Shown piece by piece: positions 8,027-17,290 of a DNA stretch of 32,000 nt (position 1 is its first letter; each line of letters opens with the position of its first letter). The notes beneath the pieces were generated by a model. The model searched no databases and had not been told where the DNA came from. It was given only the letters and a program-made list of their open reading frames with translations. A program made the position numbers and the translations under genes. This DNA is from Candidatus Saccharimonadota bacterium (GTDB lineage: Bacteria > Bacteroidota > Bacteroidia > Cytophagales > Amoebophilaceae). The stretch covers positions 960,001-992,000 of the forward strand of contig NZ_OW441264.1 of NCBI RefSeq assembly GCF_936981045.1. Reading direction: 5' to 3'.

Positions 8027-9844
8027 CTATTGTGATCTATCTTCAGGTAAAATAGTTTGAGCTAAAAAATAATCATATAATAGCTTAGCTTTTGATGGAC
8101 CAATGATTGCGGCTAATGCTGCTAAAGAACTGGCTTGAATCGCTTTAGGACTAGCAAATTGCTGTAACAATCTATCTAATGTTTTGGGACCGATACCAGG
8201 AATATCTTGCCACGCAGAATGGAATGTACTTTTGCTACGTTGTTTTCTGTGAAAGGTAATGGCAAAACGATGGGCTTCATTGCGCAGCTGTTGGAGTAGT
8301 TTAAGGGAAGGAGATTGTTTATTCAAATACAAGGGGAAGGGATCGTTGGGAAAGTAGAGCTTCTCTAATCGTTTGGCTATACTAATAATGGCTACTTTGC
8401 TATAGATACCCAATTCCTGTAACGCCCGTAGGGCAACATTGAGTTGTCCTTTGCCACCATCTATTACAATTAGATCAGGTAATCTTTCTTGTTCCTTTGG
8501 ACTATAACGTCGCTTGATGATTTCATACATAGAGGCAAAATCATTAGGGCCTACTACGGTTTTAATATGATAGCGACGGTAGTCTTTTTTGGAAGGCCTG
8601 CCATCTTTAAAGCAAACCATAGCAGCTACTGGATGGTCTCCTTGAATATTGGAATTGTCAAAACATTCTATCCAATAAGGCACACCTTTTAACTTTAAAT
8701 CATGTTGTAATGTTACAAGCGTTAGATTAGGTTTTTCTTGAAAATTAGATTTTTGATGTAAAAAGTCTTTTTTGCATAATAAGGCATTTTGTAGCGCCAA
8801 CGCTACCAATTTCCGCTTGTCGCCAATCTTAGGCATGGTTATAGAAAAGGGTCCTACCGTTAGGTTCATCGGAAGATTAACCAAAACTTCTGGCGCACTA
8901 CTATTGCTGCAAGAACGAAGCGTACAGACTACTAAAGGCACTAAATCAGCCACTTCCTCTTCCAACTTTTTGGTCAGTACACGGTGTTGGGTAAAAGCAA
9001 TAGCCCCCTGCTTAATATGCAAGTAACCTATAAAAGCATGGTTTTGATCTGAAATGATGGCTACTACATCCAAATCGCTAACCAGCGGATTGATCACTAA
9101 AGATTTCTCTTGGTATTGATCCAATACCATTAACTTTTCCTTAAAACGTTGCGCTTGTTTATAATCAAGTAGTTGGGCAGCTGCTAGCATTTGTTCCTTG
9201 AACACCCTTTTTACAGAAGCAAAATTATTTTTAAGCAAAGCCTCTATCTGATCTATCTCTATCTGATAACTTATTTCATCTTGAAAAGCCTGGCAAGGAC
9301 CCTTACAATGGCCCAAATGGTAATCTAAGCAAACTTTAAACTTGTTTTGGGTTATATTTGCTTCCGAAAGATTATAGTTGCAGGTACGGGAAGTAAATAA
9401 CTTCTTGACCACCCCTAAGGTTTGTTTAATAGCGTAAGCGCTGGTAAAAGGGCCGTAGTATTTTCCCAAAGGAGGTACTGTTTTACGGGTGATCACCACT
9501 TTAGGGAATCGATCATTTGTAATACATAAATAAGGATAGGTTTTTCCATCTTTTAGTAAAATATTATACCGTGGTTGGAGCGCTTTGATCAGGTTGTTTT
9601 CTAAAAGAAGCGCTTCATATTCGGAATGTAAAGCGGTATAGGCAATAGAGGCAATGTGCGTAATCATACGTGCCGTTTTTAGGTTATGCACTTTACCAGC
9701 AGCAAAATAATCACTCACTCTTTTTTTTATATTTTTTGCTTTACCTACATAAATAACCTCCTCTTTGTGATTGTAAAATAGATAAATACCTGGCAATGTA
9801 GGCAGGCCTTGTATATCACTTGGGGTATAGCGTGGCGTTTCCAT
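8027..9844 (-). CDS. uvrC: excinuclease ABC subunit C
   Basis: 605 aa. GIY-YIG N-terminus (GIYLFYNHKEEVIYVGKAKNIKKRVSDYF), a UvrBC domain, an Endo V-like domain, and a C-terminal (HhH)2 (IPGIGPKTLDRLLQQF). Confidence 0.95.
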   Translation of the reverse strand: METPRYTPSDIQGLPTLPGIYLFYNHKEEVIYVGKAKNIKKRVSDYFAAGKVHNLKTARMITHIASIAYTALHSEYEALLLENNLIKALQPRYNILLKDGKTYPYLCITNDRFPKVVITRKTVPPLGKYYGPFTSAYAIKQTLGVVKKLFTSRTCNYNLSEANITQNKFKVCLDYHLGHCKGPCQAFQDEISYQIEIDQIEALLKNNFASVKRVFKEQMLAAAQLLDYKQAQRFKEKLMVLDQYQEKSLVINPLVSDLDVVAIISDQNHAFIGYLHIKQGAIAFTQHRVLTKKLEEEVADLVPLVVCTLRSCSNSSAPEVLVNLPMNLTVGPFSITMPKIGDKRKLVALALQNALLCKKDFLHQKSNFQEKPNLTLVTLQHDLKLKGVPYWIECFDNSNIQGDHPVAAMVCFKDGRPSKKDYRRYHIKTVVGPNDFASMYEIIKRRYSPKEQERLPDLIVIDGGKGQLNVALRALQELGIYSKVAIISIAKRLEKLYFPNDPFPLYLNKQSPSLKLLQQLRNEAHRFAITFHRKQRSKSTFHSAWQDIPGIGPKTLDRLLQQFASPKAIQASSLAALAAIIGPSKAKLLYDYFLAQTILPEDRSQ

Positions 9845-9885
9845 ACTCTAAAACTACAAAATCCATGTATAAAGGCATTTTTATT

Positions 9886-10718
9886 GGTTCTGTCGCGTCT
9901 ATATTTTCGTTAGTATAGGTTTTTCGTTTAAGTCAAATTTTGGATATTATGCGGCCATTAAGATAGCAAAGTTCTCAAAAGTAGAAAGATGATTTTTAGC
10001 TCCTCTTACTTGTCCTTTTTGAATCATACGAATGTTTTCTATCCCTGAAATAGTAATGGAAGCAGAATAAAAATTCTTAAAACCCAGCATAGGTTTTATC
10101 CGTTTTTTGATAAACCTATGATCTTGTTCAACTCTATTATTCAAATATTTGTTTTGCAATATTTGAATGGTATGATCTTGATCAAGATCTGTATTGATCG
10201 CATCAAGGGCAGCTTTATTACTACCGCTTTTGTCAATTACTACTTTCTTAGGAATATTATTTTCTGTGATCGCCTTGCGAAAAAAAGAAAGCGTTGAAGA
10301 CTTGTCTCTATGATCAGATAGAAAAAAGTCAACTGTATCACCATAACGATCTACTGCTCTATATAAATAGATCCACTTCCCGTTTAGTTTAACATAGGTT
10401 TCATCCATTTTCCAACTACTACCAATTGGTCGTTTTCTTTTTCTTACTGCTTTATCTATCAGAGGAACAAACTTAATAACCCATCTCTGTAGCGTAGAAT
10501 GATCAACTCTTGCGCCTCTCATACGCATCATCTCTTCCAAATCTCTATAGCTCAAGGAAAAACGACACTTCATGTATACAAATAACAGAATGACTTCTGA
10601 TGAAGAACAATAACCTTTAAAATATGGTAATAACTCGGGAGAAATATTAAACATAATAACTACTTTTTTAAATACCGATACTAAAATAATCATTTTTTAG
10701 AATAAACGCGACAGAACC
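9886..10718 (-). mobile_element. IS6-family insertion sequence, copy B (833 bp, intact)
   Basis: Same inverted repeats and length as copy A. It lies 41 bp upstream of the uvrC start codon in the same orientation. No 8-bp flanking duplication (TTTTTATT versus ATCAGTCC). Confidence 0.92.
9947..10693 (-). CDS. IS6-family DDE transposase
   Basis: 248 aa. It differs from copy A at 2 residues (V to I, F to L). Confidence 0.9.
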   Translation of the reverse strand: MIILVSVFKKVVIMFNISPELLPYFKGYCSSSEVILLFVYMKCRFSLSYRDLEEMMRMRGARVDHSTLQRWVIKFVPLIDKAVRKRKRPIGSSWKMDETYVKLNGKWIYLYRAVDRYGDTVDFFLSDHRDKSSTLSFFRKAITENNIPKKVVIDKSGSNKAALDAINTDLDQDHTIQILQNKYLNNRVEQDHRFIKKRIKPMLGFKNFYSASITISGIENIRMIQKGQVRGAKNHLSTFENFAILMAA

Positions 10719-10953
10719 ATCAGTCCAGTATATGGGTATTTTATGGGCGGATCTAGTGTGCGCTTTGGTTATTTTTTTATTTCACTTGTATATTTTTTTC
10801 AAAATTCTGTTTTACCTTGTGAGGGTTAACACATGATTTGCACACGCTGATCCTTGCAAGAGGTAGGTCTATAGCAAATACAAAATCGATCGAAAGCGTT
10901 TTTATGCTAGCAAGCCTGTTCAGGTGCCAAGTGGTAAAATAATACATTAAAAT

Positions 10954-12564
10954 ATGGGTAAAAAAAAGTATTGGGTGATAATCAATAAAACAAGCATATA
11001 TACACTTTGTTGCTTGCTCATGTGTTTGGTTATGCCCCATCAGATTTTTGCTATCCCTTCGTCCATAGCGCGCATTGTGCGTATCTTTGAAGGCCAAGAT
11101 AGGCAGAAAAGCGCTAAGGCAAAATCTGGTGAGGCTATGGTTGGATCGGTAGATGGTGCGGCCAATGCTTCCCAATCCGCTGACCCATCCCCTCTCTCTA
11201 ATGCGCAACAGGCTCGACTAGCTATAGATGAAGCGATTAAAGATAGTAAACTGGTCAACCATCCTGCTACGTGGTATTATAGAGGCGTTATTTACGATCG
11301 ACTTTTGCGGGATCATATTGCTTCGGAAGAAGCATCCACTTTATTGAATGAAGCACTTGCAGCCTATGCGCAGGCTAAAAAATTGGGGTTACAAAAAAAT
11401 AAACAATTGCATAGTTTTGCTGTTGGCAACCTAGCTGCGCTATGGCGTTATTTCTTAAATAGGGGCATGGGCTACTATAGGCAAGAGGTGGTTGATCAAG
11501 CAATCGAGCAATTTGTTATTTGCAGGCGTATTTTACCGGAAAAACCTACGCCATTGTTATATATGGCTATTGTGTATCATAATGCTGATCAGCCAGAAGC
11601 GGCGTTGCGTTATTATCAAGACTATGTAGCAGTACAAGGGCCACAATTTGCAGTTGCGCGTGCGATGGCTGCTATTCATTATCATAAGCTTAAAAATTTT
11701 GATAAGGCCATAACCATTCTTAATGCAGCACTTCTTCAATTTTCTTTTAATAATGAGTTATTAGAAGAAAAGTGCCTAATTTATGAAGCTTCTGGAAAAA
11801 TAAATGATTATGCTGCTTCTTTAGCGGTTGGGGTGCAACATAAAAAGATAGATGCATGTTATGCATATGCGTATCTTCTGGAATATCAAGGGCGTATGCA
11901 GGAGGCCATTCGTTATTATCAACAAGTGTTAAAAGATCATCCATATCAATATGATACGCTTCTTCAGATAGGTTTTTTATTTTATAATGAAGCCATAAAA
12001 CTATATGTTCATACCCTAAAGTCAGTAGGAGATAAGGCACAACTGGAAAATCCTAGACTGGTTGACTGGTGCGGGTCTATGCAGGTAACGGTGCGGTGCC
12101 TATTGTCCCATGCTAGGGAATGGATAGGGATTGACTGCTTATTACCCGTTTGGATGGGTTGGTTCCCACGACCATTTTCTGCTAGCCTTAGATGGGTAGT
12201 ATATGATCATCCCCTTGCTAAGCATAGTAAGATCAGCAGTTTGCACCATCTGGTACAAGCAGGAATGCTACCCTATACAAGTCCTTTATATGGCTACATC
12301 CATACAAAAAATGCAACTGAATTGGCGGGTAATAAGTGGGTAGAAACTATAGCAGCCCTAGAAAAATATCTAAAAAAATCTTTGTATTACCTAAAAGTAG
12401 CGCGTGCACAAGACAAAAAAGATAAAGCAGTTGCACAAGCTTTGTATTATGGCTACTACCACTTAAAAAAATATGGCTCTGCTTATAGGCTATTACGAGC
12501 GATGCAAAAGCAAAAACAATACCTTGAAGATGATCCATTTATGGAACATAAAGCAAGGGAGTAA
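10954..12564 (+). CDS. secreted TPR/SEL1-like repeat protein (hypothetical)
   Basis: 536 aa. N-terminal hydrophobic signal-like segment (IYTLCCLLMCLVMPHQIFA). Repeated A..Y..A/Y-rich helical repeat pattern (ALRYYQDYV, AIRYYQQVLKDHP). No enzymatic motif recognised. Confidence 0.7.
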   Translation: MGKKKYWVIINKTSIYTLCCLLMCLVMPHQIFAIPSSIARIVRIFEGQDRQKSAKAKSGEAMVGSVDGAANASQSADPSPLSNAQQARLAIDEAIKDSKLVNHPATWYYRGVIYDRLLRDHIASEEASTLLNEALAAYAQAKKLGLQKNKQLHSFAVGNLAALWRYFLNRGMGYYRQEVVDQAIEQFVICRRILPEKPTPLLYMAIVYHNADQPEAALRYYQDYVAVQGPQFAVARAMAAIHYHKLKNFDKAITILNAALLQFSFNNELLEEKCLIYEASGKINDYAASLAVGVQHKKIDACYAYAYLLEYQGRMQEAIRYYQQVLKDHPYQYDTLLQIGFLFYNEAIKLYVHTLKSVGDKAQLENPRLVDWCGSMQVTVRCLLSHAREWIGIDCLLPVWMGWFPRPFSASLRWVVYDHPLAKHSKISSLHHLVQAGMLPYTSPLYGYIHTKNATELAGNKWVETIAALEKYLKKSLYYLKVARAQDKKDKAVAQALYYGYYHLKKYGSAYRLLRAMQKQKQYLEDDPFMEHKARE

Positions 12565-12805
12565 CCCATTGTACCCCCCTGTTTGGTTAGATTTGTTCAG
12601 CCAATGGTGGGGGCTTCAGTAAATTGTATACTGTTTTCTTATTGATTAAAAGACATTAATTTTACTGCACGCCAAATTTTTTATCGGTGGCCATAAGCAG
12701 GGGAGTATACTAACCATCTATTAACCACTTTTGCACGTCTGCGCTAAAATACATTTACCGTCCCTACCATTGGCTAAAATGGGTACGTAGCTGAACCGGA
12801 TATAT

Positions 12806-13504
12806 TTATGTGATCTTTTCATACAAAAAGATAGTTCCGTGTTGTGATGCTATATGCATCGCGCCTGTAGTAGAAAGAGCAGTTCGAGTACCATTATTAT
12901 TGTAATAATACCAGTTTTGCTCCGATTTAACCAAGGCAACTAAGCGCTCTGGTACCACATCATTTGCTGGAATATGTATTAGAAATGCTTTTAAATCAAA
13001 GGTGTCCGGTAATTCCCGGTTGGATTTAATGGTTATAGACTCTGCTCCTATGCAGCCATCTCGTGAGCCATCTTCTTGATTTTCTACAACAAAGATAAAT
13101 AGTCTATTGGGCAGTCTATTAGGTTGGCCTTTACGAACATGGTTTACTGTTTCTAGTTTAGCTGCTATGGATGCCGTGAAATCATCCTGTGGCCTCACGC
13201 TACAGGTAACGTATTTGTTCCAGCCTATATCTGTTATAAGCTTCTTTACATTTTCAAATCTTTGGCAAAAATGAAACAGCTTATCCCCAAGCGGGTCGCA
13301 TGGTTGAACCTCGTTAGGTATACTTTTACTTGGCTTTTTTTTACAATTTAGCCCTATGGTAGGGCTTTCCATATATTCCTGATCATCAATAGGGTCTGGT
13401 TCATATCTAGGTGCATCTCTTTTGCAAGCTATACCCATTACCATTAATAATAGGCTCATAAACCCTAGCTGGGCTTGGCTGAATAAACCAAATTTCCATT
13501 TCAT
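12806..13504 (-). CDS. putative secreted protein or lipoprotein, hypothetical; degenerate USP (peptidase C19)-like motif order
   Basis: 232 aa. Signal peptide followed by Cys (MSLLLMVMGIAC). The C-terminus FDLKAFLIHIP...LVALVKSEQNWYYYNNNG...GTIFLYEKI resembles a USP His-box layout (see findings). It lies directly downstream of the M50 protease gene on the same strand. Confidence 0.6.
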   Translation of the reverse strand: MKWKFGLFSQAQLGFMSLLLMVMGIACKRDAPRYEPDPIDDQEYMESPTIGLNCKKKPSKSIPNEVQPCDPLGDKLFHFCQRFENVKKLITDIGWNKYVTCSVRPQDDFTASIAAKLETVNHVRKGQPNRLPNRLFIFVVENQEDGSRDGCIGAESITIKSNRELPDTFDLKAFLIHIPANDVVPERLVALVKSEQNWYYYNNNGTRTALSTTGAMHIASQHGTIFLYEKIT

Positions 13505-13552
13505 ACAATAGGGTTTGGTTTTAAAGGTTAAAATGTATGCTTATCCCTTTTG

Positions 13553-14188
13553 TTACCATTCTCGTTCTTTTTGCCAAAGTTTACAATAATGCCATCCACA
13601 TATAAAGAGCTGTATGATAAAAAACCAGTGATAACCTTGAAAATAGAAGAAAGGAATGGCCATGGCAGCAGCAACCAGTCCGATTATAATACTGGCCAGA
13701 TATCCCTTATGGCCAAACCTTTTTTCTAGTATATAACGCACCAACCAGCCACCATCAAGTGGCGCAATGGGTATTAAATTCAACAACAACCATCTACCAT
13801 TGATATACGTCGTCACAAATAGCAGATGTTTCAATAAATAGCTGCTAAAAATATTAAATTGAAGCAATAAATAAGCTATCAATGCCAATAATCCTTGAAA
13901 CAGTGGCCCTGCAAGGGTAATTAAAAATTGTTGTTTATCTGTTGTACGTGATGTATTGAAGAGGGTGGTTCCACCAAAAGCTTGTAATACAATAATGGGC
14001 TCTGCATCAAAAAAAAGAGCAGTTAACGCATGACCATATTCATGGATGAGTATACTAAAGGTAAAGATACTAGACCATAGTAAGCTTTCAATATATTGGC
14101 CGCCTATATTACCCATTACCAATAATAAAAAGATCCAATAACTCAGATCAATAGATACTGAAACCTTTAAAAATCTAAAATGCAACAC
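13553..14188 (-). CDS. M50 family (site-2 protease type) membrane zinc metalloprotease
   Basis: 211 aa and polytopic. HEYGHALTA (HExxH) lies in a TM segment and NLIPIAPLDGG is the second signature motif. Confidence 0.88.
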   Translation of the reverse strand: MLHFRFLKVSVSIDLSYWIFLLLVMGNIGGQYIESLLWSSIFTFSILIHEYGHALTALFFDAEPIIVLQAFGGTTLFNTSRTTDKQQFLITLAGPLFQGLLALIAYLLLQFNIFSSYLLKHLLFVTTYINGRWLLLNLIPIAPLDGGWLVRYILEKRFGHKGYLASIIIGLVAAAMAIPFFYFQGYHWFFIIQLFICGWHYCKLWQKEREW

Positions 14189-14238
14189 AGTACTATATAA
14201 TTTTAGATAATCAACCTATAGATTAAATGGCGCATGAT

Positions 14239-14359
14239 GTGGCTCTGTCCAATTAAGTGTGTAAATTATTTTTTTGGTTTATTAGATTCTATTTTCTAAT
14301 TTAATCAAAAAATGTGCCATAGCCTCACTCCAATTATGAATAGGGATCGTTCACTTTCT
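14239..14359 (-). pseudogene. 3'-terminal remnant of an IS256-family element, truncated by IS6 copy C
   Basis: The reverse complement encodes ...IHNWSEAMAHFLIKLENRI*, followed by the terminus AATTTACACACTTAATTGGACAGAGCCAC. It parallels the 3' end of the IS256 element at 25700-25820 (IHNWSEAMAYFLIKFENRIE*). Confidence 0.8.
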
Positions 14360-15192
14360 GGTTCTGTCGCGTCTATAGTTTTCTTAGTATAGGTTTTTCG
14401 TTTAAGTCAAATTTTGGATATTATGCGGCCATTAAGATAGCAAAGTTCTCAAAAGTAGAAAGATGATTTTTAGCTCCTCTTACTTGTCCTTTTTGAATCA
14501 TACGAATGTTTTCTATCCCTGAAATAGTAATGGAAGCAGAATAAAAATTCTTAAAACCCAGCATAGGTTTTATCCGTTTTTTGATAAACCTATGATCTTG
14601 TTCAACTCTATTATTCAAATATTTGTTTTGCAATATTTGAATGGTATGATCTTGATCAAGATCTGTATTGATCGCATCAAGGGCAGCTTTATTACTACCG
14701 CTTTTGTCAATTACTACTTTCTTAGGAATATTATTTTCTGTGATCGCCTTGCGAAAAAAAGAAAGCGTTGAAGACTTGTCTCTATGATCAGATAGAAAAA
14801 AGTCAACTGTATCACCATAACGATCTACTGCTCTATATAAATAGATCCACTTCCCGTTTAGTTTAACATAGGTTTCATCCATTTTCCAACTACTACCAAT
14901 TGGTCGTTTTCTTTTTCTTACTGCTTTATCTATCAGAGGAACAAACTTAATAACCCATCTCTGTAGCGTAGAATGATCAACTCTTGCGCCTCTCATACGC
15001 ATCATCTCTTCCAAATCTCTATAGCTCAAGGAAAAACGACACTTCATGTATACAAATAACAGGATGACTTCTGATGAAGAACAATAACCTTTAAAATATG
15101 GTAATAACTCGGGAGAAGTATTAAACATAATAACTACTTTTTTAAATACCGATACTAAAATAATCATTTTTTAGAATAAACGCGACAGAACC
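14360..15192 (-). mobile_element. IS6-family insertion sequence, copy C (833 bp, intact)
   Basis: Same inverted repeats. No 8-bp flanking duplication (CACTTTCT versus TACTATAC). Its polymorphisms are a mosaic of copies A and B. Confidence 0.92.
14421..15167 (-). CDS. IS6-family DDE transposase
   Basis: 248 aa. One private substitution (MFNTSPE). Confidence 0.9.
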   Translation of the reverse strand: MIILVSVFKKVVIMFNTSPELLPYFKGYCSSSEVILLFVYMKCRFSLSYRDLEEMMRMRGARVDHSTLQRWVIKFVPLIDKAVRKRKRPIGSSWKMDETYVKLNGKWIYLYRAVDRYGDTVDFFLSDHRDKSSTLSFFRKAITENNIPKKVVIDKSGSNKAALDAINTDLDQDHTIQILQNKYLNNRVEQDHRFIKKRIKPMLGFKNFYSASITISGIENIRMIQKGQVRGAKNHLSTFENFAILMAA

Positions 15193-15319
15193 TACTATAC
15201 AGCTATCCATCCAGTAAGCATATTATAGTAATGAAAATTGTCTTATATTTGCACTCTATAGCATAAAACGGTCAATAGTGTGAACTTAAGGAAAAAATCA
15301 GTAGCTATTGCAAGACATA

Positions 15320-15636
15320 GTATATTGAAAATAGAATTATGCATTCAGCAGTTATGGAACTTGTTGGCCCTAATTACGAAAAAAACCGCCCCTTGTAAAA
15401 AATTGCGGTTAGAAAGTGCACCTTTTATAACTAGTAATTTTCTAAAAAAACGCGTATTGTAAAAAGTTGTCATTAAGAAGGACCAGAAAATCAGTTTGGT
15501 TGGATCCGCAAGGCGGATGCTGGTTTTTCATCTTTACGGGGGCAATTACAGCAGCTTTTTGCACAACGCTTGATTTTTTACTTGCTTTTTGATCTAGCAA
15601 AAAGTAAGGTATAAATTCCTTGTATCAGGCAAAAAG
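15320..15636 (+). repeat. MITE-B copy R2-A (left end degenerate, boundary uncertain)
   Basis: Shares with 19668-19927 the modules AAAAACCGCCCCTTGTAAAAA.TTG..G...AGAAAGTGCACCTT, CA.CTTTTTGCACA..GCTTGATTTTT, and two tandem TTGATC.AGCAAAAAGTA-like motifs. It ends 46 bp before the likely ABC-F start codon. Confidence 0.65.
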
Positions 15637-15682
15637 TGGTACAACCATTGCCTTAACATGCTCGAAAAAGCTAATAAATTCC

Positions 15683-17290
15683 ATGATTGTAATCAATGAC
15701 CTTACCTATCATTTGGGCAAGCGGACTTTATATGATGCAGCTTCTCTTCCTATCAAGCCCAAAGATAAAATTGGCCTAATTGGTCCTAACGGGGCGGGAA
15801 AATCTACGCTGTTAAAGATTATTACGGGTGACCTTACACCAGATGGTGGCAAGGTTACCAGAAGAAAAGAATGCTCTATTGGTTTTCTGAACCAGGACTT
15901 GCTTTCGTATCAATCTCAGGACAGTATTCGCAATGTAGCCATGCAAGCTTTCAGTGAAGCATTGGTTACGCAAAAAAAGATTGAATCTTTGTGTCAACAG
16001 ATGGAGGTCAACTATTCGGATGATTTGCTGAGGCAGCTATCGAATCTACAAGAAACTTTTGAGCGGATAGGGGGATATGATATACAGTCAAGGACCGAGG
16101 CCATGTTAGAGGGGATTGGTTTTGCAACCAAAGATTTGGATCGTTCTCTTTCTGAATTTTCAGGAGGGTGGCGCATGCGGGTTATGTTTGCCAAACTGCT
16201 TTTGCAACAACCTTCTTTGTTGATATTGGATGAACCCACTAACCACTTGGATCTGGTTTCCATTAAGTGGGTAGAAGCCTATTTAAAAAACTACGATAGT
16301 GCTTTTATAGTGGTTTCACATGATAGAAGCTTTTTAGATGGTACGACTACTAAAATTGTAGAGATTGCTGATAAAAAATTTACCGTTTATGTAGGCAACT
16401 ACAGTGACTATGAAATACAGAAATCAGAAAGGAGTACGTTACTGGAAAATGCCTATGCCAATCAACAAAAACAGCTGAAGCACGCACAAAAATTTATAGA
16501 TCGTTTTAGAGCAAAGACTAGCAAAGCCAAACTAGTTCAGTCTAAGATTAAGGCATTAGATAAGGTAGAGAAAATAGAGGCACCTGTTGCGCATCGTAAA
16601 ACCATAAAGTTCCAATTTTCCATCAAGCAAAATCCAAGCAAAATTATTGCCGTAATAGAAAAAATACATAAATCGTATGGTTCCGTATCGATTCTAGAAG
16701 ATGCCATTGTAGAAATCAACAGGGGCGATAAAATCGCCTTAATTGGTGCAAATGGACGTGGTAAAACCACACTGTTGCGTATTATAGCAGGGCATGCGTT
16801 AGCTGAGCAGCAACAAAGGAGCTTTGGTAATAATGTAGAGATGGTTTTTTATGCACAACATCACTTAGAAGCCTTAAATTTAGAGCATACCATTATAGAG
16901 GCATTGCGTACCCATAATAGTAATGGCACGGAACAGATAGAACAAGCGCTTCGTACCATAGCGGGTATGTTTCTTTTCACGAAAGATGATGTATTTAAAA
17001 AAATAGAGGTGCTCTCCGGTGGAGAAAAAGCACGCGTTGCCTTAGCAACTGTACTACTTTCTCAAGCAAATTTTCTATTACTCGACGAACCAACCAACCA
17101 TTTAGATATGCATTCTATTGATGCACTCGGACAAGCCCTACAACAATATGAGGGTACTTGCTTATTTGTATCACACGACCGTAGCTTTATTCAACAGGTC
17201 GCCAATAAAATTTGGTACATCGAAAACAAAAAGGTAAAGGTATTTCCTGGCAGTTATGAAGAATTTAAGGAGACAGTTAACCTGACCTAG
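15683..17290 (+). CDS. ABC-F family ATPase (tandem ABC domains, no TM domain; EttA/Uup/YbiT-like)
   Basis: Two Walker A motifs (GPNGAGKST, GANGRGKTT), two signature motifs (LSGGWRMRV, LSGGEKARV) and two Walker B motifs (LLILDEPTNHLD, FLLLDEPTNHLD). I prefer the ATG at 15683 (MIVINDLTY). The track start at 15620 is a TTG inside the repeat. Confidence 0.9.
   Translation: MIVINDLTYHLGKRTLYDAASLPIKPKDKIGLIGPNGAGKSTLLKIITGDLTPDGGKVTRRKECSIGFLNQDLLSYQSQDSIRNVAMQAFSEALVTQKKIESLCQQMEVNYSDDLLRQLSNLQETFERIGGYDIQSRTEAMLEGIGFATKDLDRSLSEFSGGWRMRVMFAKLLLQQPSLLILDEPTNHLDLVSIKWVEAYLKNYDSAFIVVSHDRSFLDGTTTKIVEIADKKFTVYVGNYSDYEIQKSERSTLLENAYANQQKQLKHAQKFIDRFRAKTSKAKLVQSKIKALDKVEKIEAPVAHRKTIKFQFSIKQNPSKIIAVIEKIHKSYGSVSILEDAIVEINRGDKIALIGANGRGKTTLLRIIAGHALAEQQQRSFGNNVEMVFYAQHHLEALNLEHTIIEALRTHNSNGTEQIEQALRTIAGMFLFTKDDVFKKIEVLSGGEKARVALATVLLSQANFLLLDEPTNHLDMHSIDALGQALQQYEGTCLFVSHDRSFIQQVANKIWYIENKKVKVFPGSYEEFKETVNLT

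Noticed and set aside
8489-9026. Plus-strand ORFs 8489-8692 and 8772-9026
   Set aside because: Antisense shadows inside uvrC.
10777-11258. Minus-strand ORFs 10777-11208 and 11040-11258
   Set aside because: They overlap the 5' part of the 536-aa repeat-protein ORF on the other strand. No motifs, and the plus-strand ORF is far longer and has a signal-like N-terminus.
11557-12538. Minus-strand ORFs 11557-11739, 11747-12040 and 12347-12538
   Set aside because: Antisense shadows within the 536-aa ORF.
12565-12805. Possible hairpin or terminator (CCCATTGTACCCCCC ... CCAATGGTGGGGGC) after the repeat-protein gene
   Set aside because: The arms pair only partially and no T-run follows. It is not convincing as an intrinsic terminator.
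15280-15462. 60-aa plus-strand ORF
   Set aside because: It lies within the MITE-B repeat copy R2-A and the adjacent spacer. Its sequence is shared with non-coding copies elsewhere.
15620-15682. TTG start at 15620 for the ABC-F gene (track ORF)
   Set aside because: The first 21 codons lie inside the MITE-B terminal motif. ABC-F proteins normally begin close to the first beta strand, here MIVINDLTY at the ATG at 15683.
15812-16770. Minus-strand ORFs 15812-15997, 16012-16263 and 16537-16770
   Set aside because: Antisense shadows inside the ABC-F gene.
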